From Leptospiraceae bacterium (GTDB taxonomy: Bacteria; Spirochaetota; Leptospiria; Leptospirales; Leptospiraceae), in NCBI GenBank assembly GCA_016718635.1, contig JADKCW010000009.1, positions 1 to 38,186 of the forward strand: a stretch of 38,186 bases of DNA, read 5' to 3'. A program made the translations under genes and the position numbers. The notes under the pieces were generated by a model. It saw nothing but the letters and a program-made list of their open reading frames with translations, had not been told where the DNA came from and did not search any database. The stretch's first letter is position 1; each line of letters begins with the position of its first letter. Shown here in pieces: positions 37,981 through 38,186 of the stretch.

Positions 37981-38186
37981 AGAAGAGCATATTGTTGTTG
38001 TGCTATTGGGAATGATAAAAAAATCAAGCTAGAGCCAATTCAAAAAGATTGGATGAGAGATCGATTCAATGATGGTCTGATTTTCAAACGTTTTGACCAG
38101 AGAGGAAAGATCTTCATTGAATACATACCAATTGAAAAGTATGGAAGCCAATTGTTGGCAAAACTTTTATGGTTATCAATTGTCTT
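37981..38186 (+). CDS. Partial ORF running off the window end (product unknown)
   Basis: Open frame ..YCCCAIGNDKKIKLEPIQKDWMRDRFNDGLIFKRFDQRGKIFIEYIPIEKYGSQLLAKLLWLSIV.. with no stop before the window end. The start is unresolved and may lie in another frame upstream. Confidence 0.2.

Overview
This is an AT-rich bacterial window. The weak Shine-Dalgarno sites, the Uma2 gene and the layout of the chemotaxis (che) genes are reminiscent of a Leptospiraceae-like spirochaete; taxon is an inference. Four zones can be supported from the sequence.

1. Positions 1 to about 6740 hold relics of signalling and metabolic genes. Each is recognisable only by piecing together fragments in different reading frames. 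They are a CheB tail, a CheY-like receiver, a class III nucleotidyl-cyclase domain, a class II photolyase, a hybrid histidine kinase, and a DedA-flavoprotein disulfide reductase fusion.

2. Positions 6.8 to 14.6 kb form an accessory stretch. It holds an archaeal-type (type II) GAPDH homologue, a frameshifted Uma2 nuclease and a YfcH-like epimerase. It also holds a single-ORF RHH-MazF fusion, a truncated UbiE-like remnant, a higBA pair with a palindromic operator over its start codon, and a Crp/Fnr regulator. The intergenic region before the chemotaxis cluster is rich in inverted repeats.

3. Positions 14.7 to 31.7 kb hold a large same-strand chemotaxis supercluster. Three paralogous MCPs come first, and the third is a roughly 1750-aa poly-HAMP giant with eleven near-identical 273-nt tandem units. 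Then come two near-identical cheW copies, cheA, cheB, an unorthodox receiver-like/HATPase protein and cheY.

4. Directly downstream on the same strand is an intact 830-aa ORF that aligns along its length with eukaryotic major vault protein. It is followed by a small Cys-containing secreted protein, a decayed MASE1-PAS-HK-REC hybrid kinase and a frameshifted 3-hydroxyisobutyrate-dehydrogenase-family gene.

Single-nucleotide frameshifts are common and very unevenly distributed. I cannot tell from the sequence alone whether they reflect real gene decay or homopolymer assembly errors.
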